From: Octopus bimaculoides
Taxonomy: Eukaryota
DNA: 64,000 nt
Direction: 5' to 3'
Assembly: GCF_001194135.2 (NCBI RefSeq)
Contig: NC_068984.1
Span: 25,314,834 to 25,378,833 of the forward strand
Shown: positions 1-12,499 of the stretch, piece after piece
How positions within the stretch are numbered: the stretch's first letter is position 1
Layout: every line of letters starts with the position of its first letter
Notes under the pieces: generated by a model
Told to the model about the DNA's origin: nothing
Seen by the model: the letters and a program-made list of their open reading frames with translations, nothing else
Database searches by the model: none
Made by a program: the position numbers and the translations under genes

Positions 1-166
1 TGTAAAAGCACCCACTACACTCTCAGAGTGGTTGGCGTTAGGAAGGGCATCCAGCTGTAGAAACTCTGCCAAATCAGACTGGAGCCTGGTGTAGCCATCT
101 GGTTTCACCAGTCCTCAGTCAAATTGTCCAACCCATGCTAGCATGGAAAGCGGACATTAAACGACA

Positions 167-195
<29 letters not shown>
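1..195 (+). mobile_element. RTE-type LINE 3' end/UTR with (GAT)n tail, truncated by window start
   Basis: gaagggcatccagc...catgctagcatggaaagcggacattaaacg+(gat)n. Same tail recurs at 4218-4520, 10302-10473, 35239-35519, 56001-56262 and 59666-59820. RTE assignment is recalled from the ggatgcccttcct motif. Confidence 0.65.
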
Positions 196-200
<5 letters not shown>

Positions 201-346
201 TTTAGGTAATAAATGCATTGAGAATATTCTAATTTCCAATTTAGGCACAAGGCAAGCAATTTTGAGAGGAGGAACATAGTTGATAACATCGATCCTGGTA
301 TTTAGATTGATAATTTATTTTATCAACCCAAAAAGAATGGAAGGTT

Positions 347-590
347 GGGGTGCATGGCTTAGTGGTTAGGGTGTTGGACTCATGATAAGATTCTGGTTTT
401 GATTACTGAACCAAGTGATGCATTGTGTTCTTGAGCAAAACACTTTATTTCATGTAGTTCCAGTTCACTCAGCTGGTAAAAATGAGTAACCATGCAACAG
501 AATGGTGTCCCATCCAGGGAGGAATATATATGCCAGAGAAACTGGTCCCTACAGAGTAATGTGGACTAACCAAAAGAATGAAAAGCAGGA
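347..590 (+). mobile_element. tRNA-derived SINE (family D), decayed
   Basis: Head tgcatggcttagtggttaggg (A-box-like) then ttgtgttcttgagcaaaacactttatttca; reverse-oriented relative at ~6470-6715. Confidence 0.5.
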
Positions 591-639
591 TTTGAACTCC
601 AAACATAAAGAGCCTTAAGAACACCTTCACTAATCCACT

Positions 640-1325
640 ACATAATAATGGTTTCAAATGTTGGCACAAGGCCAACAATTGAAGGGGTGAGAGTTAAGTC
701 AATCATATTGATCCCCCAGCATTCAAAGTTGGTACTTATTTTATCAACCCAAAAGGATGAAAGGCAAAGTTAACATCAGTGGCATTTGAACTCAGAACAT
801 AAACATGGATTTAATGCCACTAAGCATTTTGTCCAGTGCACTGCCTTAGTCTACTGTGTAATAATAACAATAATGGATTCCAATTTAGGCACAAGGCCAG
901 TAAATTTGAGAGTAGGGGATTAGTAGATAACCACAATCCCAATATTTGTCTCATATTTTATTGAACCCAGAGGGCTGACAAGCCAAGGTGACTTCAACAA
1001 GATTTGAATTCAGAACAAAGGGCTGGAGCAAATATTGCATCTCTCCACCATTCAAACAATTCTGTAGATGCACTACCTGAACAATAATTCTTTCTACTAT
1101 AGGTACAAGGCCTGAAATTTGGTGGGAGAGAGGGGTCTAGTCAATTACATCAACAGCTTCCCCAATATTTAACTGGCACTTTATTTTATCAACCCCAAAA
1201 GAATGGAAAACGAAGTTCACTATGGCAGTATTTGAACTCAGAAAGTAAAAAACCATAAAAATGCCACTAGTCATTTTATCTGATGAACTAACAATTCTGC
1301 CAGCCTGCCTCCTTTAATAATAATA
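640..1325 (-). mobile_element. Three decayed copies of SINE family A
   Basis: Repeated ggcacaaggcc...ttttatcaaccc...gaaaggcaaagt...tttgaactcagaa, the reverse complement of the 9212-9450 element. Confidence 0.6.
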
Positions 1326-1399
1326 ATTAGTGCTTCACGCATATTAAGAAGGGCATTGTCAGAAAGAGAGAACAATAAGATTCCCATGCAAATATATAT

Positions 1400-1760
1400 T
1401 CTTTTACTTGCTTCAGTCATTTGACTGTAGCTATGCTGGAGCACCATGTTTAGTCAAAGAAATTGACCTTAGGACTTATTCATTGTAAGCCTACTACTTA
1501 TTTCATCAGTCTTCTGCCGAACCGCTAGGTTACAGAGATGTTAACACACAAACATCGGTTGTCAAGCAATGGCAGGACACACACACACACATATATATAC
1601 AACAGACTTCTTTCAGTTTCCATCTACCAAATCCACTCACAAGGCTTTGGTTGGCCTGAGGTTATAGTAGAAGCACCTGCCCAAGATGCCACACAGTGGG
1701 ACTGAACCCGGAACCATGTGGTTGGGAAGTAAGCTTCTTACCACAGCCATGCCTGCACCT
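1400..1760 (-). mobile_element. tRNA-derived SINE (family B) with internal CA/TA microsatellite
   Basis: Minus strand begins aggtgcaggcatggctgtggtaagaag...ggttcagtccc (A/B boxes). Similar copies at 8468-8745, 17557-17932, 27838-28150, 36190-36590, 41625-41975 and 46525-46890. Confidence 0.75.
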
Positions 1761-2141
1761 ATGTATTTTCTTTTACACACCTTTATTTGATTTTTGAAAA
1801 TGAACAGTCTAATGTGTGTATTTTAATGACCTATCAATGTATATAGCAGGTTTCTTTGCCCCAGGTGTCAGGAAGACAGCAACAAATAGAAACAATTAAA
1901 GGAAGAAGAAAAACTAATAACAATAGTAATGATGATGATAACGATGTCTGCTCTAACTATGACTAAGAGGTTAGACTTAATGTATATGCAGAAAGAAAGA
2001 AAAAAAAATGGGAGCACAACATTGGCCAAGTAAAAAGAAAATGCCATCAAATATTTTAAAAGAAAAAAAATGGTAGGGACATGAGTGGAGGGTTATGCAT
2101 AAAGTTGAATATTTATTGCTTCAAGATGATGTAGAAAGGAA

Positions 2142-2175
<34 letters not shown>

Positions 2176-2589
2176 GATATCAAAAAATTGAGTTCATTAT
2201 AAAACCTAATTAAAGCAGCACTGAATGAGAATATTATAAACAGGTTCATTAAAATAAAAATAAATTCTAGGATGAAAAAAGCAGACACCTGATGATGGTG
2301 GTGATGATGATGAAATTGAATACAATTTGAATAGAGCAAAAAAAAGAAAAAGTGCATGACACATTAAAATACATCACTATTAAACAGTTTGGAATCATCC
2401 AAATTTTTAAATTTTGGTTAAACAGTATAGTTAAATACTTCTATGGCTGCAGACAAAATATGTTTTGAATTCTATGTTCATCAACCCAAACGTTACATGC
2501 AGACAAAACTACATGTGCACACACACAAACACACACACATATGCCTTCTCCTCATAAATTAACTTCTGCACCCCAGATTCCCATACAGC

Positions 2590-3010
2590 AATACAATTAT
2601 CTCAAGTGTTTTCAGCTTTAAACTTTTGATAGAAGGTCATGTAGGTGAATTGGTTGGTCCTCGTATTCGTCAACTAAATTCACTACCATTTAGATAATAG
2701 TGTTAGAAGTTTTACAAATTTTCCCAATTTGAAACCAATTCTTTCAGATTGTTCCCTGGTAACCATGGAGTCTGCTGCTTTCTCAACATCCAAATAGATA
2801 TATTTTACATTATCTACATGTTCCTTTTGAATATGTTGCTGACACTAATATTTACAAGCCATTTACAAAGATTATGTCAAATACACTTTGGAGAAAGATA
2901 ATGCCAGATAAGATAGCATTATCTTTGTCACTGGGTGGTTTAGTTTTAACTGACAGAGGACTCCATCATTGGAAAAATTCACTCAATTATCCAAGCATGC
3001 AACACATGTC
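2590..3010 (-). pseudogene. Decayed CR1/L2-type LINE reverse transcriptase relic
   Basis: 2686-2844 minus translates CQQHIQKEHVDNVKYIYLDVEKAADSMVTREQSERIGFKLGKFVKLLTLLSKW, resembling the RT motif V..IYLDF.KAFDSV...KL...G. An upstream TCVAC resembles ..SLTCV.CK. Many stops. Confidence 0.5.
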
Positions 3011-3961
3011 CTAGCTTTACTCATCTATTTATTTCAAAGATATGTAACATTAGATATGAACAAAGATTTTGCCATTACAACTATGTAATCATACTAGCTT
3101 CTAAAATCTGCTGGCAGTTGTTTTGTTTTACTATGATTATTAGCAAATAAAAGAAAGACAATAAATACATGAAGCAGTTATCTGAATTACTTTATACAGT
3201 AGGTTATTGCAGTTATTTTTCTTAAGATATGATCAAACAGTGAAGATGAGAAATTTAAAAAATCAACAAATCAGCACAGATAAGAGCCTTTTAAAAGCTT
3301 GTTTTCCTCTTATAATATCTCAAACTGATAAAAAACAGAAAAACATTACATGATATACCTCACTATAACCAGCCAATAAGCTAATGAACAATTTAAATGA
3401 AGCTAGGTCAGAGACGTAAATTATCCTAATTATACATAATTCAATAACAATACTGTAATGTTATTGTTAATCTAAGGATATCTGTGAGGTCTTAACTTAC
3501 TTTAAATATATTTTGAAAAATTATTGGAATAGTAAATAGAAGTTTGCTAGAGAGCATTAAAGCATGCTGGGCCTTTTCATTTAAAGATTATAATACTCAT
3601 TATTGCTCAACATCTGCTTTCTATGCTGGCATGGACTGGACAATTACTACTTGTATGTGTGCGTATATATGACCCTCCATGTTTGTTTTTGTTCGATTTC
3701 CTTCCATGTCTCCACTGTCATTTTTTTTTTGTTCTTAACTCTGACCCGCTATAAATCCTAAATTTTATTTTAGAATTTATGGGAGCAACGGTCTTTGAAG
3801 ACTCACATTGTTGCTGAATGCTCGAAATGAGGAGTAGACAGACAGCCAACAACTGATGAAGGGTCCTTTCTCTGTGTTTACTTGTCCTGTTTTCCATATT
3901 TTTCTTCTTGTTTGTGTATTTCATGTTATTTACACCGTTGGTGATGTCCTGTACCCATATA

Positions 3962-4089
3962 CATATATATGTGTGTGTGTGTATATACACACTATTTATT
4001 TATATATATATACACACACACACACATATATATATACTATTTATATATACACACACATATATATATATACTATTTATTTATATATACAT

Positions 4090-4133
<44 letters not shown>

Positions 4134-4217
4134 TATGTATATATACACACACACACATATATATATATACTATTTATTTATATATACATACACACACACA
4201 TATATATATATATGTAT
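3962..4217. repeat. Compound (TA)n/(CA)n microsatellite with higher-order unit ...actatttattta
   Basis: Direct reading; it explains the YI/HT-rich ORFs 3856-4274. Confidence 0.95.
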
Positions 4218-4520
4218 CATCATCATCGTCGTTTAACGTCCGCTTTCCATGCTAGCATGGGTTGGACGATTTGACTGAGGACTGGTGAAACCGGATGGCA
4301 ACACCAGGCTCCAATCCAATTTGGCAGAGTTTCTACAGCATATATATATACACACACACACACTATTTATTTATATATACATTGAGGACTGGTGAACCAG
4401 ATGGCTACGCCAAATCAGATTGGAGCCTGGTGTAGCCATCTGGTTCACCAGTCCTCAGTCAAATCGTCCAACCCATGCTAGCATGGAAAGCAGGCGTTAA
4501 ACGATGATGATGATGATGAT
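4218..4520. mobile_element. Two RTE-type 3' tails in inverted orientation
   Basis: Minus copy 4218-4339 and plus copy ~4409-4520, separated by a microsatellite fragment and a short restarted minus copy (4383-4408). Confidence 0.85.
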
Positions 4521-5297
4521 ATATTTTAGTAGTAGAATTTTCTGACTAACCATGTAGATAATTATTCAGTATACATTCAGATCAGTATGACCTTAGTAGA
4601 TAAGCTGAATAATTTAAACCAAAGCTAACTCAAGGCCATCAGTCAAACATACTTCATTGTTTTCAAAGCCAACAATTCTTTCCTTCAAGATCAGCCAGTT
4701 GTCATTACAAATCTTCCACCTGAAGTTAACTACTTAACACCAGACAATCTTTAAAAAAAAACAAACAGAAAAAAAAAAAACTATCATTCATAACAAGTGA
4801 ACAGTTATTTCTAATAAGTTGATGAGATGAAGAAGGGTCATGCCCATGGCCTTTCCAGGTCATTACATACTGGTGAGATTGATGTGGCTCAACTAACATC
4901 AATCTTAGAACGGCTAAGTGAAAGTTCTAAAAGGTTAATATCCCAGCTTTTTTTTTTTGTAAGATGATGCCATACATTAAAAAATAAAAATAAAAACAAC
5001 TTTAGAAGCTGCTATTACACCATTTACATAACTGGAACAAATTTTTTAATGGAATATTTTAAAGAAATCTGAACATTTAAATAATCTGAAAGCTTGCACA
5101 AAATTTTTTCTTTCTTTTTTTTTTTTTTCTGTTATTCTACATCAATCAAGCTGTAAACTGTTAAAGAGTTGACTAATAGAGAAAGCAAAGTCAATTTAGT
5201 TAGAATCTAATTTAGAGAGAAGAGGACTATTTGCTGACTGAATCAAAATCAGTATTATTATTGGTATTGTTTTCTAATTGAAGATGGATGATGACGA

Positions 5298-5518
5298 TAA
5301 TAATAATAATAATCCTTTCAACTATAGGCACAAGGCCTGCAATTTGGAGGAGGGAACTAGTCGATTACATCGACCCCAGTGTTTCACTGGTACTTAATTT
5401 ATCGACCCCAAAAGGCAGAGTTGACCTCAGCAGAATTTGAACTCAGAATGTAGTAACTGGCGAAATACTGCTAAGCATTTCGTCCAGCATGCTAACGATT
5501 CTGCCAGCTCACCGCCTT
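5298..5518 (-). mobile_element. tRNA-derived SINE family A, full length with (ATT)n tail
   Basis: Reverse complement of aaggcggtgagctggcagaatcgttagc...gagttcaaatt...; matches the 5' part of 9212-9450. Confidence 0.8.
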
Positions 5519-6749
5519 ATAATAATAAACCTAGATAGAATGTGAACTGATGACAAGAAAGGCCAGAATGTTCAACAGATTCTGCCAACTCCTACTCTTC
5601 AAGAAATGAAGACTAAAAAAAAAGTAATCAGTTTAAAAAAATATACACAAGGTAATAAAATCTAAAACTAGCCATTACAAGTTTATAGAACATAATATTT
5701 AATAACTCGGGATAAATTTGAACATTTGCCTTTACAGAAATTAGGAATTTATTTTTGGCCTTTATGATGATGATGATGCACTTTCTAGACTTATAACCTA
5801 TCATAAGACCACATTGTTGTTGTTGTTAAGCCCTAGGCAAGGCCTGATCAAGTTAATCTATGATCAACAGTATTCCAGCCATAAACATGTCTTTTTTTCA
5901 TTCATTCTGTACTTTCAGATTATCTTATGTAATATGTCTTCTTTTTTTTCTTTTTCTTTTTTAAAGACAGTAAGGTGTAGTTTCAAAAATAGGCTGCTGT
6001 TTCTAGTAGACTGAATGACCACTTAATTGGCTTATAAAAGTATGTAAGACCTGAAAACACTCAGTGTACATTACTTTTACTTTTTTAAAATCAAAAAGCA
6101 ATCAATTTCTAGGTCAAGGTTTTCAACTTTTATACTGCATTAATCAATAAAGACTTTATTACTCCAAAATATTTGCACAACAAAATTAAAGAGATCAGAA
6201 GCTCTTCCATGAATATTGTGGTTTTCCCATAATTCTAAATAAAATTGGAAAATAAAAACCATAATGAATTCAAATATTAGGAAATAAAGATTGGATCCAC
6301 TCTCCTTTATTCACATTGTTAAACAATAATCTTAGTAGCTCTTCATAGTTTAAGAATATGGAGACAAGAACTAGGTTTACATAAAGAGCCAATCATCACC
6401 CACAAACGAGTAAGGTTTGGTAACAATGCATCATGCTTTCAGTAATTGTTTTAGCTACCTATGTAGCCCCAATTAGACACAGGCACCCTTGTGGCTCTCC
6501 CATCCTTTGACCCAACAGCACATCCAGAATGTGGTGAGAGCAGAGAGACTGCTCCGTCAACACTAGGCTGGCACTCATTTTCAGCTGAGCAAACTGAATG
6601 TGAAATGAACTACTTTGCTCAAGGACACAATACACTACTTGGGCCTGAAATTAAACCCGTGACATTATGATCATGAGCCAAATATCCTAACCATTAGGCC
6701 ATGCACCTTCACTGAAGGAAGGGCAGAAGGAAGGATCAATAATTTAAAC

Positions 6750-6992
6750 CAGTGATTCTTAATCTTTCTAAATCTATAGCATATTGGAGATGAAAGTGGA
6801 GGGACAAAATTACTGGTGTATTTTATATTGGAAGTTAACATTTTACTGGTGCACTTCATGTGCATGAAAAACTTTTGAAAAGCTATGCTTTATAAAAAGC
6901 ACATTTTTCAAGATACTTAAACATTCATATTTTCTAAACCCTTAAATTATATATTTTTTAAAAATCTGTGGTGCCCTGTTCAAGAACAACTG
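6750..6992. mobile_element. hAT-type MITE
   Basis: Ends cagtgattcttaa / ttcaagaacaactg (imperfect TIR) flanked by a perfect 8-bp TSD atttaaac (6742-6749, 6993-7000). Confidence 0.75.
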
Positions 6993-7334
6993 ATTTAAAC
7001 CATTAAATTACAAATAGAAATTTCAAAGAGGTTAGTAATCTTAAAAAATAAATTTTATAAAAAGCAAGCTAAAATTTAGAACTGCTAGATAATTCGCTGC
7101 ACTAGGAACAATCTTCAGATACATTTAAGAAAAGGGATGCTGTGGCATTCATATCTTCCCAAGTCTAAGTTACATATGTGAGATGGTTACAGCTAAGAAT
7201 CAAACCAAGTTGTAGACTACAAGTACAGAAAACTTAACAGCACAGAAGGTATTATTTCATGTTACTAAAGTCAGCTAACTCTACTTGCCTAAAACTCATT
7301 ACTTAATCATTAAAAAAAATTGTAACTACTACAA

Positions 7335-7525
7335 GTTTGTGCTGGTGCCACGTAAAAGCACCCAGTATACACTGTGGTGTGGTTGGCATTAGAAAGGGCA
7401 TCTGGTCATAGAAACCATGCCAAAATAGACAATTGGGACATGGGTAGCTCCCCTGCTGGCCAGCTCCCATCAAACCATCCAATCCATGCCAGCATGGAAA
7501 TGTGAACGTTAAATGATGATAATGT
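7335..7525 (+). mobile_element. Variant RTE-type 3' tail
   Basis: gtgctggtgccacgtaaaagcaccc...agaaagggcatc...ccatgccagcatggaaa...aaatgatgat. Confidence 0.6.
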
Positions 7526-9211
7526 TGCAGCAATATTATTTCATTAAATACAATTTGTATATCATCTCTAGTTTAGTTTATTCATTTATATCCTTACAAA
7601 AAAAAAAAAGAATGGCTTCCAAAATTTGTCTTTCTCATCCTTTTTAACCAATACCGCCCATATCCACTATCATTTTAATGCCAACTTTTCCATGCTTGTA
7701 TGGGTCAGACAGAAAGCCTGCCTCAAAAAATTTTCTCAGTATTATTGAATTAAATAAAACTATTATTTTCAGGGAATTTACAAGCAAATATTTTAATTTT
7801 TGCCCAAGAAAACCAAATATATTTTTATTTCATTTTTTAAACTAGTAATTAAAAAGGCAGCAAGAATTAATAAAACAAAAATAAAAACTAAAAGCTGATT
7901 TTTAGTGTTTGAAGTTTATCTGACAACTCAACAATAGAACATACTGGAAGAGCCGAGCCTAATGGATTAAAATAATAATAAGAATAATGCTTTAAAGGAA
8001 AATAAAACCTGTCTGTAAAAACAAGTACCTTGTTTTTATTATATAGTGCAACTTAAGTTAGAAAAGTTTCAGAAGAAATGTAACAAAGGTGGCTTTCCAA
8101 ACCCACACCATATTGTTCATTGTTCCACAATTTATCTTGTCAACTTGCCAGCTCCTTAGATTAGCTAGCTGCTCATTCAAGTTGCTAATTCCACAATTTA
8201 AATCAACATTGTTGTCTTTCAAAGTGCATATCAAAATTGGCACCAAATACATCTTAGCATTATATAAAATGATTTCCTGAAATATCTTTTTTAATTATAA
8301 CTGGGGTTTTTTGGGTTTTTTTTCATTCACTTTTTTTTTTTTTTTTTTTGAAAAAAAGTTTTAAGAAATGAAAGTAACAACTTGGAAAGATCAGAGAACA
8401 AACACACAAAGAGTAATTTTGTTTTAAATAAATATACTTTTGATAAATTGGCAACAATATTCTTTTATCTTTTACTCGTTTCAGTCATTGGACTGCAGCC
8501 ATACTGGGGCACTGCCTTGAAGAAGTGTTTTAATGGAACAAATCAACCACAGTATTTTTTTCTTTTTTAAAGTCTGGTACTTATTCTATCAGTCTCTTTG
8601 CTGAAGTGTTAAGTTACAAGTACATAAATGAATATTGGCTGTTTAACAGTATGTTTGTGAGGGGGCAAACAGACACAAACACATACACACACAATGGGCT
8701 TCTACACAGTTTCCATCTACCAAATTCACTCACAAGGTATTGGTTGAAGCTCAGAAGTACAAGCTAATGAAACACTCCTCAATTATTCTACATCCAAATT
8801 TCAAGTAGTAAAAATCTATATCTATTTTGTAAACATTTACAGATGAGCCTGGGCAGAGTTAAAGAGCTTTGCTAAAACACAGCCCAGCACTCAATCAACA
8901 GTGACCATTCAATTAGTAGGACTCCTGCCTGTTGACTTAATGAGTTCTAGCTCGTCATATAAACATGAATATTGATGTCACCACTTGCACAAAAGTGATG
9001 GTGTCAACATTCCTTACCAATATTGTGACTGGTCACTCTGCATTTTTGAACTCTGGAATAAAAATGCTTGAACAACATCCTGCTTCAAACAATTCCCTGT
9101 CTATATGACACTTCCATGGGGAAAAAAAAACATTGAATAAATGACTGAGCTTCAGTTTAGCATGAACATCGCAAACTCATTTTCCTCCCTTATAAATCAT
9201 ATTTAAGAAAA

Positions 9212-9450
9212 AGGCGGCGAACTGGCAGAAACGTTAGCTCGCCGGGCGAAATGCTTAGCAGTATTTCGTCTGCCATTACGTTCTGAGTTCAAATTCCGCC
9301 GAGGTCGACTTTGTCTTTCATCCTTTCGGGGTCGATAAATTAAGTACTAGTTACACACTGGGGATCGATGTAATCGACTTAATCCTTTTGTCTGTCCTTG
9401 TTTGTCCCCTCTGTGTGTAGCCCCTTGTGGGCAGTAAAGAAATAAGAAAA
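9212..9450 (+). mobile_element. tRNA-derived SINE family A, young-looking full copy
   Basis: A-box-like tggcagaaacgttagc, B-box-like gagttcaaattcc, central ctttcatcctttcggggtcgataaattaagtac; CpGs retained; probable TSD taagaaaa (9204-9211, 9443-9450). Confidence 0.85.
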
Positions 9451-10301
9451 CGTTATTACTATGTAAGAAAAATCATTATTGCTCATTTGCCATAAATTAT
9501 TTTATTCTTTGTGTTAATGACTAAAGTAATTGAAAAAATTATTTCCTGCACACTTTCTCGGTACATGTCATAAAAGACTACTATAATTACAGAAATATTC
9601 AAATGTAATTCTACTTAGAATGTTGAAGATTATAATGATTAAATAGTTAGGATTCTTGTCCACAGAATAATCTTGCAGAAATAAATTAAATTAGCACACC
9701 CATGATGAGCCAATAACTTTATATACTGCTTAGTTACAATTTATATTATTAAACCTAATATAACGGAGTCCTCTAAAATAAACAGCTATTTATAGGAAAT
9801 GGTAAGCATTTCTTTTCATTAACAGTCATTACAAATGAATGTATGCTTCATTACTAGGAACCGCAAAAAAGCTGTAAATTGAAGTAACATTTTTGTCATT
9901 AGCAATTGATACATACACTTTATCAAAAAACAAAACAAAAAATATTTCATGTAGGTTGAAAAACTAAATCAACTTTTATAAAATTTCAACTCAAATAACT
10001 ACAGAATATCGAACTCACATTTTTACCAACCTACCAAGTTTTTACCTTTATAAAGTATTCAGTTTTAGTTTTAAAAAGTTATAGAGCAGTATTATCACTT
10101 ATCAAAGTAAGCTCCATGACTATTAAGAAGCAAGGTTATAAAACACTTAGAAAATTCAATTCAAGATTAAAACATCTTGACCATATGACCTCCTAAGTAA
10201 GCTTATAGCATAGATAAGATGATTTTAACGATCTTCACAATATGGGGGCAAATCATGATTTTTGTTATGGTATGTGAATAAATCCTGTTTCAAAACTGTT
10301 T

Positions 10302-10473
10302 TCGTCGTCGTCGTCATCGTTTAACGTCCGCTTTCCATGCTAGCATGGGTTGGACGATTTGACTGAGGACTAGTGAAACCGGATGGCAACACCAGGCTCC
10401 AATCTGATTTGGCAGAGTTTCTACAGCTGGATGCCCTTCCTAACGCTAACCACTCAGAGTGTAGTGGGTGCTT
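10302..10473 (-). mobile_element. RTE-type 3' tail
   Basis: Reverse complement of the 1-195 family. Confidence 0.75.
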
Positions 10474-10475
10474 AT

Positions 10476-11110
10476 TTGACAACAGCCATGCTGGAGCACC
10501 GCCTTTAGTCAAACAAATCGACTCCAGGACTTATTCTTTGTAAGCCTAGTACTTATTCTATCAGTCTCCTTTGCCAAACTGCTATGTTATGGGAATGTAA
10601 ACACACCAACATCAGTTGTCAAGCGATATGGAGGGAGGGGGCAACCAAACACACACACACACACACATANNNNNNNNNNNNNNNNNNNNNNNNNNNNNNN
10701 NNNNNNNNNNNNNNNNNNNNNNNTATATAGGCTTCTTTCAGTTTCTGTCTACCAGTTACCTTTACTTGCCTAAAACTCATTACTTAATCATTAAAAAAAT
10801 CATAATTACTGGAAGTTTGTGCTGGTGCCACGTAAAAGCACCCAGTATACTCTGTAGTGTGGTTGGCATTAGAAAGGGCATCTAGTCATAGAAACCATGC
10901 CAAAATAGACAATTGAGACGTGGGTAGCTCCCCCTGCTGGCCAGCTCCCGTCAAACCATCCAATCCATGTATAAGACTCGCCCGAGCTAGTTCATTATCC
11001 CAATCCAAGGCTATAGTAGAAGATACTTGCTCAAGGTGCCACACAGTGGGACTGAACCCGGAACCATGTGGTTGGTAAGCAAGCTACTTACCACACAGTC
11101 ACTCCTGCGG
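10476..11110 (-). mobile_element. SINE family B interrupted by an N-gap and a composite templated insertion (10763-11006)
   Basis: Family B sequence to ...gtctacca (10754), resuming at ccaaggctatagtagaag (~11005) through the tRNA-like head at ~11110. Confidence 0.8.
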
Positions 11111-12204
11111 TGTTTTAAAAAACTTATTTAACTTACTGATGCTATTAAAGAAATGGGAAGAGAAACTAAGAAGGCTTCTGTACAAACATATGAAACCTCT
11201 TTTGTGCTTGGATTTTTTTTTTTTTTTTTTTTCAGTTGATTACTGAATATTTGACTAAAATTCAGCATTAATGTTAAAATAAACTTGTTGGTGCAAATTA
11301 ATACTTTTAGAACTAAATATTAATGCAATATCTAAAGGAAATTATTATCAATGTATTTTAATATATGAGGAACTGAATTTTCATACTATCAAAATAGTAG
11401 TTAGTACCTGGTTACTTATTTTGCAACATCAAAGAGAATTCACCAACATCTTTTAGGGTCTAAGCAATTAGAAATAAATAACTAAATAAACCCAAAACCA
11501 TTTATGTTTCTAAGCAGCAGAATGGCTGTAAGCAGTTCCCAGGATCAGTGAGAAGTTGGATTAATGAAATGGCATTCCTGAGAAAGTTACTTTGTCAGTT
11601 TAAGTAATTGGTTTAGAGGAAAGCTTGTTCAAAACTAAAATGGCTAGCAACATCCACATCACACTGTAAGAGGCTCAAAGACAGAAAAAGGAAGTGAGAG
11701 AAGGTAAAAGAGAAAGTAGGGAGGAATGAAAAGCAGAAGAGAAATGTAAGAGAAAACGGGTGGGGGTAGTTAGTGTGTAATATGATGGGGTAAAAAATGA
11801 AACCGACTCTTTGTGTGTCACCTGTTTTATATATTCCCTTTTCAGTTTAGTAGCAGATGCAACCCTTAGTGAGAAATAGGCAGACAATTCCCAAACCAGT
11901 CAGGTAGGGAGGAAGGGAGATAGAGACGAAGTTGGCCCTGTATATAGAATAATGCTGCTATTAAAGTGATAACGAGACAAACGAAGAATGCTTGTTACAT
12001 GTGCATGCATGTGAGCACCTTTCTTGCTTGGATTTTTCAATTGATTATTGAAATTCTGTTTTAAAAAACAAAAAAACTGGAGTACTGCTAATTTTAGATG
12101 CACAGTTGATATTTACAGTAAAATAAATGCAATCAATGATTAAAGAGAATAGTTGAAAATAGTGGTGTAAAGAGAAGGAAAGTTAGTTGCAAACTTTGTA
12201 CATT

Positions 12205-12237
<33 letters not shown>

Positions 12238-12460
12238 TATTCATATAGTATATGCATCTACTCATATATAGTTATATATATATAGTTTATATACATATAT
12301 TTATATATAGTATATATTCATATATAGTATACATATATTTATATATAGTATACATATATTTATATATATTTATATATAGTATATATACAGATATTTATAT
12401 ATAGTTTATTTATATATAAAGTTTATTTATTTATTTATATATAACTATATATATAGTTTT
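12205..12460. repeat. Degenerate (TA)n / tatatatagt low-complexity array
   Basis: Direct reading. Confidence 0.9.
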
Positions 12461-12499
12461 AATTACACCGAGTAAGACTTCTAAATGTAAGAAAGCATT

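Noticed and set aside
3718-3990. 90-aa ORF with a signal-peptide-like [11 protein letters not shown] stretch
   Set aside because: Starts in a microsatellite and ends in poly-K; no recognisable family or splice support.
3856-4274. ORFs of 101-126 aa
   Set aside because: Translations of a TA/CA microsatellite (YI/HT runs).
7990-8280. 64-aa minus ORF after a tttcag acceptor
   Set aside because: Not protein-like and no family motif; could be UTR or a decayed TE.
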